Shown piece by piece: positions 17,365-25,461 of a stretch of 64,000 nt of DNA. The notes under the pieces were generated by a model that saw nothing but the letters and a program-made list of their open reading frames with translations, made no database searches and had not been told where the DNA came from. Both the position numbers and the translations under genes were made by a program. Source of the DNA: Gemmatimonadales bacterium (GTDB lineage: Bacteria > Gemmatimonadota > Gemmatimonadetes > Gemmatimonadales > GWC2-71-9); the NCBI GenBank assembly GCA_051955835.1, contig JBQCGH010000024.1, forward strand, positions 4,696 to 68,695. Direction: 5' to 3'. Positions within the stretch are counted from its first letter, which is position 1. Every line of letters begins with the position of its first letter.

Positions 17365-18382
17365 GTCCACTGCCGGCGCTCGCCGGCGGCGCCTCGGCGC
17401 CGTGCTCGGCGCGGCGCTCGCCGCTGCGCTGCTCTGGTGGGCCCTCCGCGGCGTCAACGCCAGCGAGGTCCTGGCGCACCTGAGAGAGGCGCGGCCGTGG
17501 CCGCTCCTGCTCGCCGCGCTGATCGCGACGCTCACCTACCCGATCCGCCTGGTGCGATGGCGCCTGCTCCTGCGCGATGTGGACGGACGCGCGCTCCCCA
17601 CCGCCCCGCTCTGGCATGCCGTCGCGATCGGATTCATGGCCAACAACATTCTGCCGTTCCGCGCCGGGGAGCTGGTTCGCCTGCTCGCCGCCTCGAGACT
17701 GGCGGGCGCGCGCTTCAGCGCGGTGCTCTCGTCGGTCGCGGTGGAGCGGATCTTCGACGGGCTGACGGTCGTGTCGCTGCTGAGCCTGTCGCTGCTCGCG
17801 TCGGACCTGCCCCGGGACGTGGCGGTCGGGGGAGTGTCGCTCAGGCACGCGTCCCAGGCGGCGGGCGTGCTCGGGCTGGTGGCGCTCGGCGGCGCGCTCG
17901 CGGTGGTCGCGTTTCCGCTCGTCGCCGAGCGCGTGATCCGGCGCATCCTCCCGGCCGGGCGGTTCGCGGAGCGGGTGATCGGACTGATCGAAGGGATCCG
18001 CCATGGGCTCACTGTGCTCCGGTCACCTTCTCTGCTTGCCGGCACCGTCGTCTGGTCGATCGTGCTCTGGCTGGTGAACGCCTTGGCCTTCGATGTCGCG
18101 TTCCGGGCATTCGCGATCCCCGTGGGATTCGGCGGCGCGCTGCTCCTGCAGGGCATTCTGGTGTTCGGCATCTCGGTGCAGCTCACCCCCGGATTTCTCG
18201 GGCAGTTCGAGGCCTCCATCGTCGCCGCGCTGGCGCTCTTCGGCGTGCCGGCGGCGCTCGCCTCGTCGTACGCGATCGCCTTTCATGCGACCACATTCCT
18301 GCCGATCATCCTGCTGGGCTCCTGGTCGCTCGCTCGGACGCCGGTGGCCCTGAGCGACCTGCGGGCGCCCAGCTCGCCATGA
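17351..18382 (+). CDS. UPF0104 / lysylphosphatidylglycerol-synthase-like transmembrane (flippase-like) protein
   Basis: Polytopic membrane protein with motif FMANNILPFRAGELVR. Start uncertain. The TTG at 17351 gives an RRRR-rich N-terminus before TM1; a GTG at 17402 is the alternative. ATGA overlap with ispE at the 3' end. The upstream part of the track ORF is rejected. Confidence 0.75.
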   Translation: MPTPESTAGARRRRLGAVLGAALAAALLWWALRGVNASEVLAHLREARPWPLLLAALIATLTYPIRLVRWRLLLRDVDGRALPTAPLWHAVAIGFMANNILPFRAGELVRLLAASRLAGARFSAVLSSVAVERIFDGLTVVSLLSLSLLASDLPRDVAVGGVSLRHASQAAGVLGLVALGGALAVVAFPLVAERVIRRILPAGRFAERVIGLIEGIRHGLTVLRSPSLLAGTVVWSIVLWLVNALAFDVAFRAFAIPVGFGGALLLQGILVFGISVQLTPGFLGQFEASIVAALALFGVPAALASSYAIAFHATTFLPIILLGSWSLARTPVALSDLRAPSSP

Positions 18383-19245
18383 GCGACGCCACCGTCGAGC
18401 TCCGCGCGCACGCCAAGATCAACCTGTTTCTCCGCGTGCTCGGGCGGGAGGCCGACGGCTTTCATGCGATCGAGACCCTGTTCTGCCGGGTGAGCATCGC
18501 CGATACGCTGCGGGCGGAGCGCCGCGAGGGACACGGCATCACGATCGACGTTACCGGGGCGGACGTGGGGCCGGCCGAAGAGAACCTCGCGGTGCGGGCG
18601 GCCGCGCTCGTGTTGGAGAGCACCGGCCACCGCTTCGGCGTTCGTCTCTCGCTCGAGAAGCGCATCCCGGTGCGCGCGGGCCTGGGCGGGGGGTCGAGCG
18701 ATGCCGCGGCGGCCCTGCAGGCGGTCAACGCCCTCGCGGGGAACGCCGTACCCCGCCACGAGCTACTGCAGTTCGCGGCGCGGCTCGGGAGCGATGTGCC
18801 GTTCTTCATCTCGGGCGGTCCCCTGGCGCTGGGCTGGGGACGGGGCGAGCGCATGCTCGCTCTGCCCCCGCTGCCCGCGGCCCCTGCCTTGCTGCTGACG
18901 CCGCCCCTCGGGATCGCGACGGCGGAGGCCTACGGCTGGGTCGATGCGGCGCGGCAGTCGTCCGGCCGCCGGGGGGCTGTGGCGCTCGATCTCGAAGTGC
19001 TCTCGCATTGGGGCGATATCGGCCGGCTGGCCGGGAACGATTTCGAGTCCCCCGTGTTCGATCGGCACCCGCCGGTGCGCGCCGCGTTCGAGGCCCTGGT
19101 CGGGACGCGACCGCTGCTGTGCCGGATGAGCGGCTCCGGCTCGACCCTCTTCGCCGTGTACCGAAGCGCCGGGGATCGGGAGGATGCCCGAATGATGCTC
19201 GGCCGACGCCATGGTCGAGTCGAGGCGGTCGAGACGATTGGCTGA
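18379..19245 (+). CDS. ispE: 4-diphosphocytidyl-2-C-methyl-D-erythritol kinase
   Basis: 288 aa from the ATG at 18379. Motifs AHAKINLFLRV, KRIPVRAGLGGGSSDAAA, GSDVPFF, MSGSGSTLF. Confidence 0.9.
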   Translation: MSDATVELRAHAKINLFLRVLGREADGFHAIETLFCRVSIADTLRAERREGHGITIDVTGADVGPAEENLAVRAAALVLESTGHRFGVRLSLEKRIPVRAGLGGGSSDAAAALQAVNALAGNAVPRHELLQFAARLGSDVPFFISGGPLALGWGRGERMLALPPLPAAPALLLTPPLGIATAEAYGWVDAARQSSGRRGAVALDLEVLSHWGDIGRLAGNDFESPVFDRHPPVRAAFEALVGTRPLLCRMSGSGSTLFAVYRSAGDREDARMMLGRRHGRVEAVETIG

Positions 19246-19332
19246 GGGTTTCCTTGTCTTCGCGCCGGGAGCCGGCTTTCCCCAGGCGCATCTGCGGACG
19301 GGGCCCGACGGGCTTACGCGACGGGAGCGCGC

Positions 19333-20439
19333 GTGCGCATTGGCATCATGCTACGGCACTACGATCAGCATCAGGGCGGCGTGCGGGTGTACACCCGACG
19401 GCTGCTCGAGGCCATCTTCGCCCTCGAGCCCGCCCACGAATTCATCCTGCTGTACCGTAACCCGGCACTGGTCGGCACGTATGCGCACCACGGCGTCGAA
19501 GAGACGGCGCTCTCAGCGCGGTCGGTGCTGCTGTGGGATCAGGTCGCGGTTCCTGCGGCGGTCCGCCGCCACCGGGTGGACGTGCTGTTCAATCCTAAGT
19601 ACTCGATCCCGCTCCGCGCCGGCTGCCCGGCGGTGTGGGTCTGCCATGGGCTCGACTGGTACGTCATGCCCTGGGCGTCGCGCTTCATCGACCGCATGAG
19701 CCATCGATTCCTGGTGCCACGCTACGCCAGCCGTGCCGCGGCCATTGTCGCGGTCTCCGAAGTGACCCGCGAGCACGTGATGCACTACCTTCGCGTAGCT
19801 CCGGAGCGCGTGGCCACAGTGTACTCCGGGGTCGACGACGTGTTTCGGCGGCCCCCCGACCCCGGCCACCTCGAGGCCGTGCGCCGGAAGTACAACCTCC
19901 CCGACCGCTACGTGCTCTATGCCGGGGCCGTGTACCCGCCGAAGAATTTCACCCGCCTGGTCCGCGCGTATGCCCGCGTGGGCCCCCCGCGTGGCGTGCC
20001 GCTGGTCGTCGCCGGCGGCGAGAACCGGTTTCTCTCCGAGCGTGAGCTGCTCGAGCCCGAGGCGCTCGGGATCACGGACTGGGTGCGACGACCAGGCTGG
20101 ATGGATCAGGACGACCTCGCCAGCGTCTATGCCATGGCGCAGGCGCTGCTGCTTCCCTCCCTTTTCGAGTCGTGCGGGCTCCCGGTCCTCGAGGCGATGG
20201 CAGCCGGCTGCCCGGTCGTCACCGCCGACCGGTACGGTACCAAGGAGCTGGCGGAGGGCGCGGCCGTCCTGGTCGACCCGGAATCGGTAGACGCCATTGC
20301 CGACGGGATCGCCCGAGTGCTGGATGATTCCGCGCTGCGAGCTCGGCTGATCACGGCGGGCCACGCACGGAGCGAGCCCTTCCGCTGGAGCCGCACGGCC
20401 CGCGACACGCTGGCCGTATTGGAGCGGGCAGGTCGGTGA
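19333..20439 (+). CDS. glycosyltransferase family 4 (GT-B)
   Basis: 368 aa. C-terminal GT4 signature PSLFESCGLPVLEAMAAGCPVV. Confidence 0.85.
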   Translation: MRIGIMLRHYDQHQGGVRVYTRRLLEAIFALEPAHEFILLYRNPALVGTYAHHGVEETALSARSVLLWDQVAVPAAVRRHRVDVLFNPKYSIPLRAGCPAVWVCHGLDWYVMPWASRFIDRMSHRFLVPRYASRAAAIVAVSEVTREHVMHYLRVAPERVATVYSGVDDVFRRPPDPGHLEAVRRKYNLPDRYVLYAGAVYPPKNFTRLVRAYARVGPPRGVPLVVAGGENRFLSERELLEPEALGITDWVRRPGWMDQDDLASVYAMAQALLLPSLFESCGLPVLEAMAAGCPVVTADRYGTKELAEGAAVLVDPESVDAIADGIARVLDDSALRARLITAGHARSEPFRWSRTARDTLAVLERAGR

Positions 20440-21566
20440 TGGCGTCCGGCGCCGCTTCTTCGGTGCCTCCCGTGGCCGTCAACGTCCGCAACCTCACCGG
20501 GCCGCATACCGGGATCGAGGTGTATATGCTCGCGTTGCTTCGGGCTCTCGCGGAAACCGGCCGGCTCGACATCACGGCCTTGAGCTGGTCACCGGTCGGA
20601 CTCGATCTCCCACGCGTGCGGGAGGTGGTGCCCGCGCGCCGCCCCGATATCGCTCCGGGGAGCGCGCGCGCGACTCTCTGGAAGCTGTGGTTCGATCACT
20701 GGGGCGCCGTCCGCGGCCTGCCGTCGGAGAGCGTGGTATATCACGGCATGGACGGCTTTCTGCCGTTGGGCATTCGCCGCCGGGACCGCTGTGTGGCCAC
20801 CGTGCACGATCTCGGGTGGCAGGTGCATCCGGAGCTGTACGACCGCCGGCTCCGTCTCATGTACGGCGTCCAGTTCCCGTGGGTGGTTCGCCGGGCCAAT
20901 CGGTTCGTGGCGGTCTCCCGCTACACCGCCGACGATCTCATGCGGCGGGCCGGCGTGCCGTCTTCGCGGATCGACGTGGTGTACCACGGGCTCGACCCCG
21001 CATTCGCGGCCGCGAGGATCGAGACCCCGGCGGCGTACGAGCCGTACCTGCTCGCCGTCGGAGGCGTCTCGCCGCGCAAGAATACCCGGCGCCTGCTCGA
21101 CGCGTTCGCGCGCTGGCGTGAGCGCGGTGGCGACGGACGTCGACATCGACTCCTGGTGACCGGCCTGTCGCTGGACCGGGACTTTGTCGAGCGACGCGCG
21201 GTGCCCGAGGGTGTGACGTTGCTGGGCTATGTTGAGAAGGACGCCTTGCCCGGGCTCTACGCCAACGCGGCGGCGTTCGTGTATCCCGGGATCTACGAGG
21301 GGTTCGGATTGCCCATTGTCGAAGCGATGGCCTGTGGGGCCCCGGTCGTCACGTCCACCACGGGGGCAGCGCCTGAGATCGCCGGCGGGGCTGCCGTGCT
21401 GGTGGACCCGTTCGATGTCGACAGCATCGTCGACGGACTCGAGCAGGCCACACGCCCCGACGAAGCCGCGCGGCTCCGCGGCCTCGGCCGAGCACGCGCC
21501 CGCACGTTCCGCTGGGAGGACGCGGCCCAGGCAACGATCGAGGCCTACCGTCGGGCGGCGGCCTAG
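20436..21566 (+). CDS. glycosyltransferase family 4 (GT-B)
   Basis: 376 aa. Signature PGIYEGFGLPIVEAMACGAPVV. GTGA/TGATG overlap with the preceding GT4 gene. Confidence 0.85.
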   Translation: MMASGAASSVPPVAVNVRNLTGPHTGIEVYMLALLRALAETGRLDITALSWSPVGLDLPRVREVVPARRPDIAPGSARATLWKLWFDHWGAVRGLPSESVVYHGMDGFLPLGIRRRDRCVATVHDLGWQVHPELYDRRLRLMYGVQFPWVVRRANRFVAVSRYTADDLMRRAGVPSSRIDVVYHGLDPAFAAARIETPAAYEPYLLAVGGVSPRKNTRRLLDAFARWRERGGDGRRHRLLVTGLSLDRDFVERRAVPEGVTLLGYVEKDALPGLYANAAAFVYPGIYEGFGLPIVEAMACGAPVVTSTTGAAPEIAGGAAVLVDPFDVDSIVDGLEQATRPDEAARLRGLGRARARTFRWEDAAQATIEAYRRAAA

Positions 21567-21628
21567 TCTTCCCGTTCCGCGTCGCGCGCGCGGACCGGAT
21601 CGTTCAACGACTGGAGAATGGAATCACC

Positions 21629-22540
21629 GTGACTGACGGGCAACGGATGCAGGTCGTCAAGCCGATTTTCATCGTGGGGACAGGCCGGTGCGGCTCGACC
21701 GCCTTCCATCACGTGCTGGGCGTGCACCCCCAGACGATGTGGCTGTCCGGGTTTGCCGAGGAGTTCCCGACGCACCCGGAGTGGAACCGCACCGCCGTGG
21801 CCGCGATGAACAATCGGCTGTTCCGGCGGATCTTCCACACGCGGATCAAGCCGGGTGAGAACTACGGCTTCTGGTACACGCATGCGTATGGCTTCGCCGA
21901 GCCTGGGCGCGACCTCGTGGCGGAAGACGTGACGCCCCGAGTGCGCCGCCAGCTCCACTCGGTATTCGAGCGGATGCTCACCCCGCGCCGGAACCGGATC
22001 CTGATCAAGCTGACCGGCTGGTCGCGCATCGGCTTCCTGAACGAAATCTTTCCCGACGCCAAGTTCATCCACATCGTGCGCGACGGCCGCGCGGTCGCGA
22101 GCTCGTATCTGCACATCAATGAATGGCAATGGCGCGGCTGGTACGGGCCCTACAGCTGGCGCTACGGCCCGCTCTCTCCGGAAGACCAGGCCGCCTGGGA
22201 GGCGAGTGGAAAATCGTTCGCCGCGCTGGCCGGGCTTCAGTGGCGCATCCACACCCGGGCCATCGACTCGGCCCGAGCACACATCGATCCCGCGCGTTTC
22301 CTGCAGGTCCGCTACGAGGATTTCTGCGACGAGCCGCTAGAGACGTGCCGTCGCGTGGTGGAATTCTCGGAGCTCGAGCGCTCGCCGATGTTCGAGCGCC
22401 AGGTCGCGACGACGCGGATTACGGACATGAGCAACCGCTACCGGAAGGACCTGAGTCCCGGGCAGCAGACGCTGCTCACGAACCTGCTCCGGGATGATCT
22501 GCTCAAGTACGGCTACGATGTATCCGAGGACGCGGGGTAG
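21629..22540 (+). CDS. sulfotransferase family protein
   Basis: 303 aa. 5'-PSB-like loop IFIVGTGRCGSTAF and 3'-PB-like FIHIVRDGRAVASS, both PAPS-binding-type motifs. Confidence 0.75.
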   Translation: MTDGQRMQVVKPIFIVGTGRCGSTAFHHVLGVHPQTMWLSGFAEEFPTHPEWNRTAVAAMNNRLFRRIFHTRIKPGENYGFWYTHAYGFAEPGRDLVAEDVTPRVRRQLHSVFERMLTPRRNRILIKLTGWSRIGFLNEIFPDAKFIHIVRDGRAVASSYLHINEWQWRGWYGPYSWRYGPLSPEDQAAWEASGKSFAALAGLQWRIHTRAIDSARAHIDPARFLQVRYEDFCDEPLETCRRVVEFSELERSPMFERQVATTRITDMSNRYRKDLSPGQQTLLTNLLRDDLLKYGYDVSEDAG

Positions 22541-22560
22541 AGCGCGCGAAGGCAGCACAC

Positions 22561-22596
22561 ACGACGAGGGCATGCCGGCCGGCATGCCCTCGTCGT
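22561..22596. terminator. bidirectional terminator hairpin (perfect 36-nt palindrome)
   Basis: ACGACGAGGGCATGCCGG / CCGGCATGCCCTCGTCGT lies between the convergent sulfotransferase (+) and oxidase (-) genes. Confidence 0.6.
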
Positions 22597-22621
22597 CGTT
22601 CCGTGAGTCGCGAACTCGCGC

Positions 22622-24790
22622 TCAGTGCACCTGAATCATCTTCCCGGCGGACGGCACGCCATTCCGATTCAGGATGAAGATTTGATAGTAGCCGGGAGGC
22701 GCCAGGTTGGGGCTCGCCGGCGCCGTGACGTCGACGCCGGTCGCCGTGGCGATGAACGAGAGCGTGTTGGCGCGCTGGCCCGCATCGAACGCGTGGGTCA
22801 CCGAGCCGAGTCTGATCCAGCGGACGTCGGTCACCTGCGCATGATTCGGCGTGGTGACCGAGAAGGTGGCGCCGTAGCCGACGCTGGCCGGCACCGTGGT
22901 GATGGTCGGCCGCGCGCCCTTGAACAGGTACGGTGGTGAAAAGATCTCGTGGTTCTTCTCGTCCGGGACGGGCACCGGATTGGCGCCGCCGGCGAGAGCG
23001 TTGCCACTCGCGCCGTGCAGCACCGTGCCATCCGGGAGGAGCAGCGACACCGAGTGGTAAACCCGCATGACACTGTTGGAGGCGAGCGTCGTCCACTGGG
23101 TTGGGTGCTTCGGGTCCCACAGCTCCGCGGCCTTGGGCGCGTCTGCCGGGTTGATGTCCACGAACCCACCACCGGTCGTGCCGCCGGTCACCAGCACCGT
23201 GCCATCGGGCAGGATGGTCGAGTTGGTGTGCCGCCGCGCGAACTGCATGGTCCCGGCATTGCTCCACTGGGGCACTGGCTGGTTCAGGTCGATCATCTCC
23301 GCCGTGTTCGTCGGCGTCGAGGCGCGAGCGTCGGGCGTCTGCGCCCAAGTCGCGTTGCCGCCCCCGCCCGCGTACAGAATCTTCCCCGGCTCATACATCG
23401 CCGCGGTGCCGTAATCGCGGTTGAAGTGCCAGATGTGGTTCGGCCCGTCCGTCCATACGCCGCGCTTGCCGCTCACGGTGGCGTCCACGTCGAACCAGCG
23501 CGACTCGATGCGTTCGCCGGCCATGAAGATCTTGCCGTTGGGCGCGACGAAGTTCCTCGGATAGTAGGGAATGTTGACCGCGGATGCACCGGGCAGCTGC
23601 ACCCACTGGTTGTTCTCCCAGATCTCCGGAATCGTCACCACCTTGCCGGCGGAATCGCGGCCCGCCATGGTGAGAATCCGGCCATCGGCGAGGACGGTCA
23701 CGGTCGGATACCACCGACCGAACGCCATCTTGGGGAGCCCCGGGACCCACTGCTCGCTCACCGGGTCGAAAATGTTGGTGTGGTCGATGCCGGTGTCGTC
23801 CGCCTTGTGGCCACCCGACACCATGATCCTGCCGTCGGGCATGCCGGTGTGTCCGGAGCAGAACAACATCGTGTCCGCCTGCACCATGCGGGCCGTGGTC
23901 GGATCACCCGCGGCGGGATCCCACAGCCGTGGGATCGAGCCCATGGTGCCCGAGCCTTGGTTGTTTTCATCCTCGTACTTGCCCCAGCCGATGATCTTGC
24001 CGGTCGGTAGCAGGCTCATGTGGAGCGGCACGATGTCCCAGGGAACGAGCGGCCCCCACTGGCCGGTGGTCGCTTGAGGAGGAAGAGGCGCGATACTGAC
24101 AGGAGATGCCGCAACCGTGTCGGAGGCGGTCGCGAAGCTCAGGGTCTGGCTGCCCGGCCCGCGGATACCCAGGTCTCCGAACGTCGCGAATCCCTGAGCG
24201 TCGGTGGTCGCGGTCGTGGTGCCTTGCAGGCTTCCGCCACCCGACACGATGGTCGCAGTGACGGTCGCGCCGACCGATGGGTTCCCGTCGGCGTTGTGGA
24301 CGTGCACCACCGGCTGCACAGTCGGGTCGAACACCTCCCCGTCCAGCGCGTTGGTCGGAGGATTCGTGGTGATCACAATGCCACTTTCCCCGTTGGTCGC
24401 CACCGAGACGAACGTCACCGGGGAGCCCGAGAGGCCGCTCGCCGTCGCGGTGGTGGTCTGTTGCCCCGCCGCGGGTCCGAGCGTCCGACTCACCGATGCC
24501 CGGCCATCCGCGCCGGTCGTGGTCGAGGCCGAGGACACCGATCCGCCACCGCTCACGGTCCAGCCGACGCTGACGCCCTGCACGGGCTTGTTCTGCGCGT
24601 CGGTCACCAACACGACGAGCGGATTGGCCAACGCGGTTCCGACCGCCGCGGTTTGACCGTTTCCATCCGCCATCGCGATGGCAGAGGCGTCTCTTGGCCC
24701 TACGTTGTCCCCATTGCAACGCAGGGTCGCCGCGGCGAGCAGCGCGAGCAAGGTCCAGAGTCGGACTCGTCGAAGCGAGAGCTTTGGCAT
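22622..24790 (-). CDS. secreted galactose-oxidase/glyoxal-oxidase-like copper radical oxidase with N-terminal Big (Ig-like) domains
   Basis: 722 aa with a signal peptide and two Ig-like repeats (PVQGVSVGWTVSGGGSVS..., VGATVTATIVSGGGSLQG...). The kelch-type propeller carries LFCSGH (Cys), GRWYPT (Tyr), VYHSVS (Tyr-His) and GSVTHAF (His). C-terminal DUF1929-like Ig domain (APPGYYQIFILN). Confidence 0.85.
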   Translation of the reverse strand: MPKLSLRRVRLWTLLALLAAATLRCNGDNVGPRDASAIAMADGNGQTAAVGTALANPLVVLVTDAQNKPVQGVSVGWTVSGGGSVSSASTTTGADGRASVSRTLGPAAGQQTTTATASGLSGSPVTFVSVATNGESGIVITTNPPTNALDGEVFDPTVQPVVHVHNADGNPSVGATVTATIVSGGGSLQGTTTATTDAQGFATFGDLGIRGPGSQTLSFATASDTVAASPVSIAPLPPQATTGQWGPLVPWDIVPLHMSLLPTGKIIGWGKYEDENNQGSGTMGSIPRLWDPAAGDPTTARMVQADTMLFCSGHTGMPDGRIMVSGGHKADDTGIDHTNIFDPVSEQWVPGLPKMAFGRWYPTVTVLADGRILTMAGRDSAGKVVTIPEIWENNQWVQLPGASAVNIPYYPRNFVAPNGKIFMAGERIESRWFDVDATVSGKRGVWTDGPNHIWHFNRDYGTAAMYEPGKILYAGGGGNATWAQTPDARASTPTNTAEMIDLNQPVPQWSNAGTMQFARRHTNSTILPDGTVLVTGGTTGGGFVDINPADAPKAAELWDPKHPTQWTTLASNSVMRVYHSVSLLLPDGTVLHGASGNALAGGANPVPVPDEKNHEIFSPPYLFKGARPTITTVPASVGYGATFSVTTPNHAQVTDVRWIRLGSVTHAFDAGQRANTLSFIATATGVDVTAPASPNLAPPGYYQIFILNRNGVPSAGKMIQVH

Positions 24791-25284
24791 TCCGTCGCTG
24801 GGTTAGAGTGGCCGCCGGTCGACTCAAAGGCGGCGAAGCCTGCAGAATTCACGCCGGTCTGAAGGGAGGATACTAGCCGAAACCGCGATATCAAACCGTG
24901 ACTTAGCTAACACCCCCTTCCCGATGCTGCCAGTCGTTGCACTTCCGCCACGAAACCATAAGCACGTCCGTGCACTCACGCCAACCCGGCCATCCGGGAT
25001 GCAATCATGCCGCGGGCTCGGGTAGGCTCCGTCTACGCCGGCGGGGGCCTCTGTACGTTCTTTCGTTCCGAGCCCTCGTCCAAATGGCCGGCAGCAGCCC
25101 TTGCCGAAGACGATAACACTGGGTGGTTCCAGAAAGCGTGAAAACAGTATGAAGTGGAGTGGGAGGCCCGGGTGTACGCATGGCCGAGGTAGCCGCGAAA
25201 TCCTAGTGGTCCCCTATAGCCATTCCTATAGCCGCCCGGCGCGACGCTACAGCGCGCGCGCAAGTTGCTGTATTATCAGCACAC

Positions 25285-25355
25285 TGGCCCTTCGTCCAAC
25301 GGCAGGACAGCGGACTTTGGATCCGTTAATGGTGGTTCGAATCCACCAGGGCCAA
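25285..25355 (+). tRNA. tRNA-Gln (anticodon UUG)
   Basis: Cloverleaf folded by hand. Acceptor TGGCCCT/AGGGCCA with U1-A72; D arm GTCC-AACGGCA-GGAC. Anticodon arm GCGGA-CTTTGGA-TCCGT (TTG at positions 34-36), 4-nt variable loop, T arm GGTGG-TTCGAAT-CCACC, discriminator A. CCA is not encoded. Confidence 0.9.
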
Positions 25356-25392
25356 TCCAGCCATCTTCCGGGACGCAGCTCACCACATAAGC

Positions 25393-25428
25393 GCCCCGCC
25401 GCCGGACAACGTCGTCCGGCGGCGGGGC
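25393..25428. terminator. bidirectional GC hairpin between tRNA-Gln and the convergent PKD lipoprotein gene
   Basis: 15-bp perfect stem GCCCCGCCGCCGGAC / GTCCGGCGGCGGGGC with a 6-nt loop. No U-tract. Confidence 0.55.
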
Positions 25429-25461
25429 CTTACGTCCTGCCTGGTCGGCGATCTTGCGCCA

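Noticed and set aside
22561-22596. Perfect 36-nt palindrome considered as an operator or MITE terminal repeat.
   Set aside because: It lies exactly between two convergent stop codons, so a bidirectional terminator is the simplest reading. The family aspect is kept as a low-interest finding.
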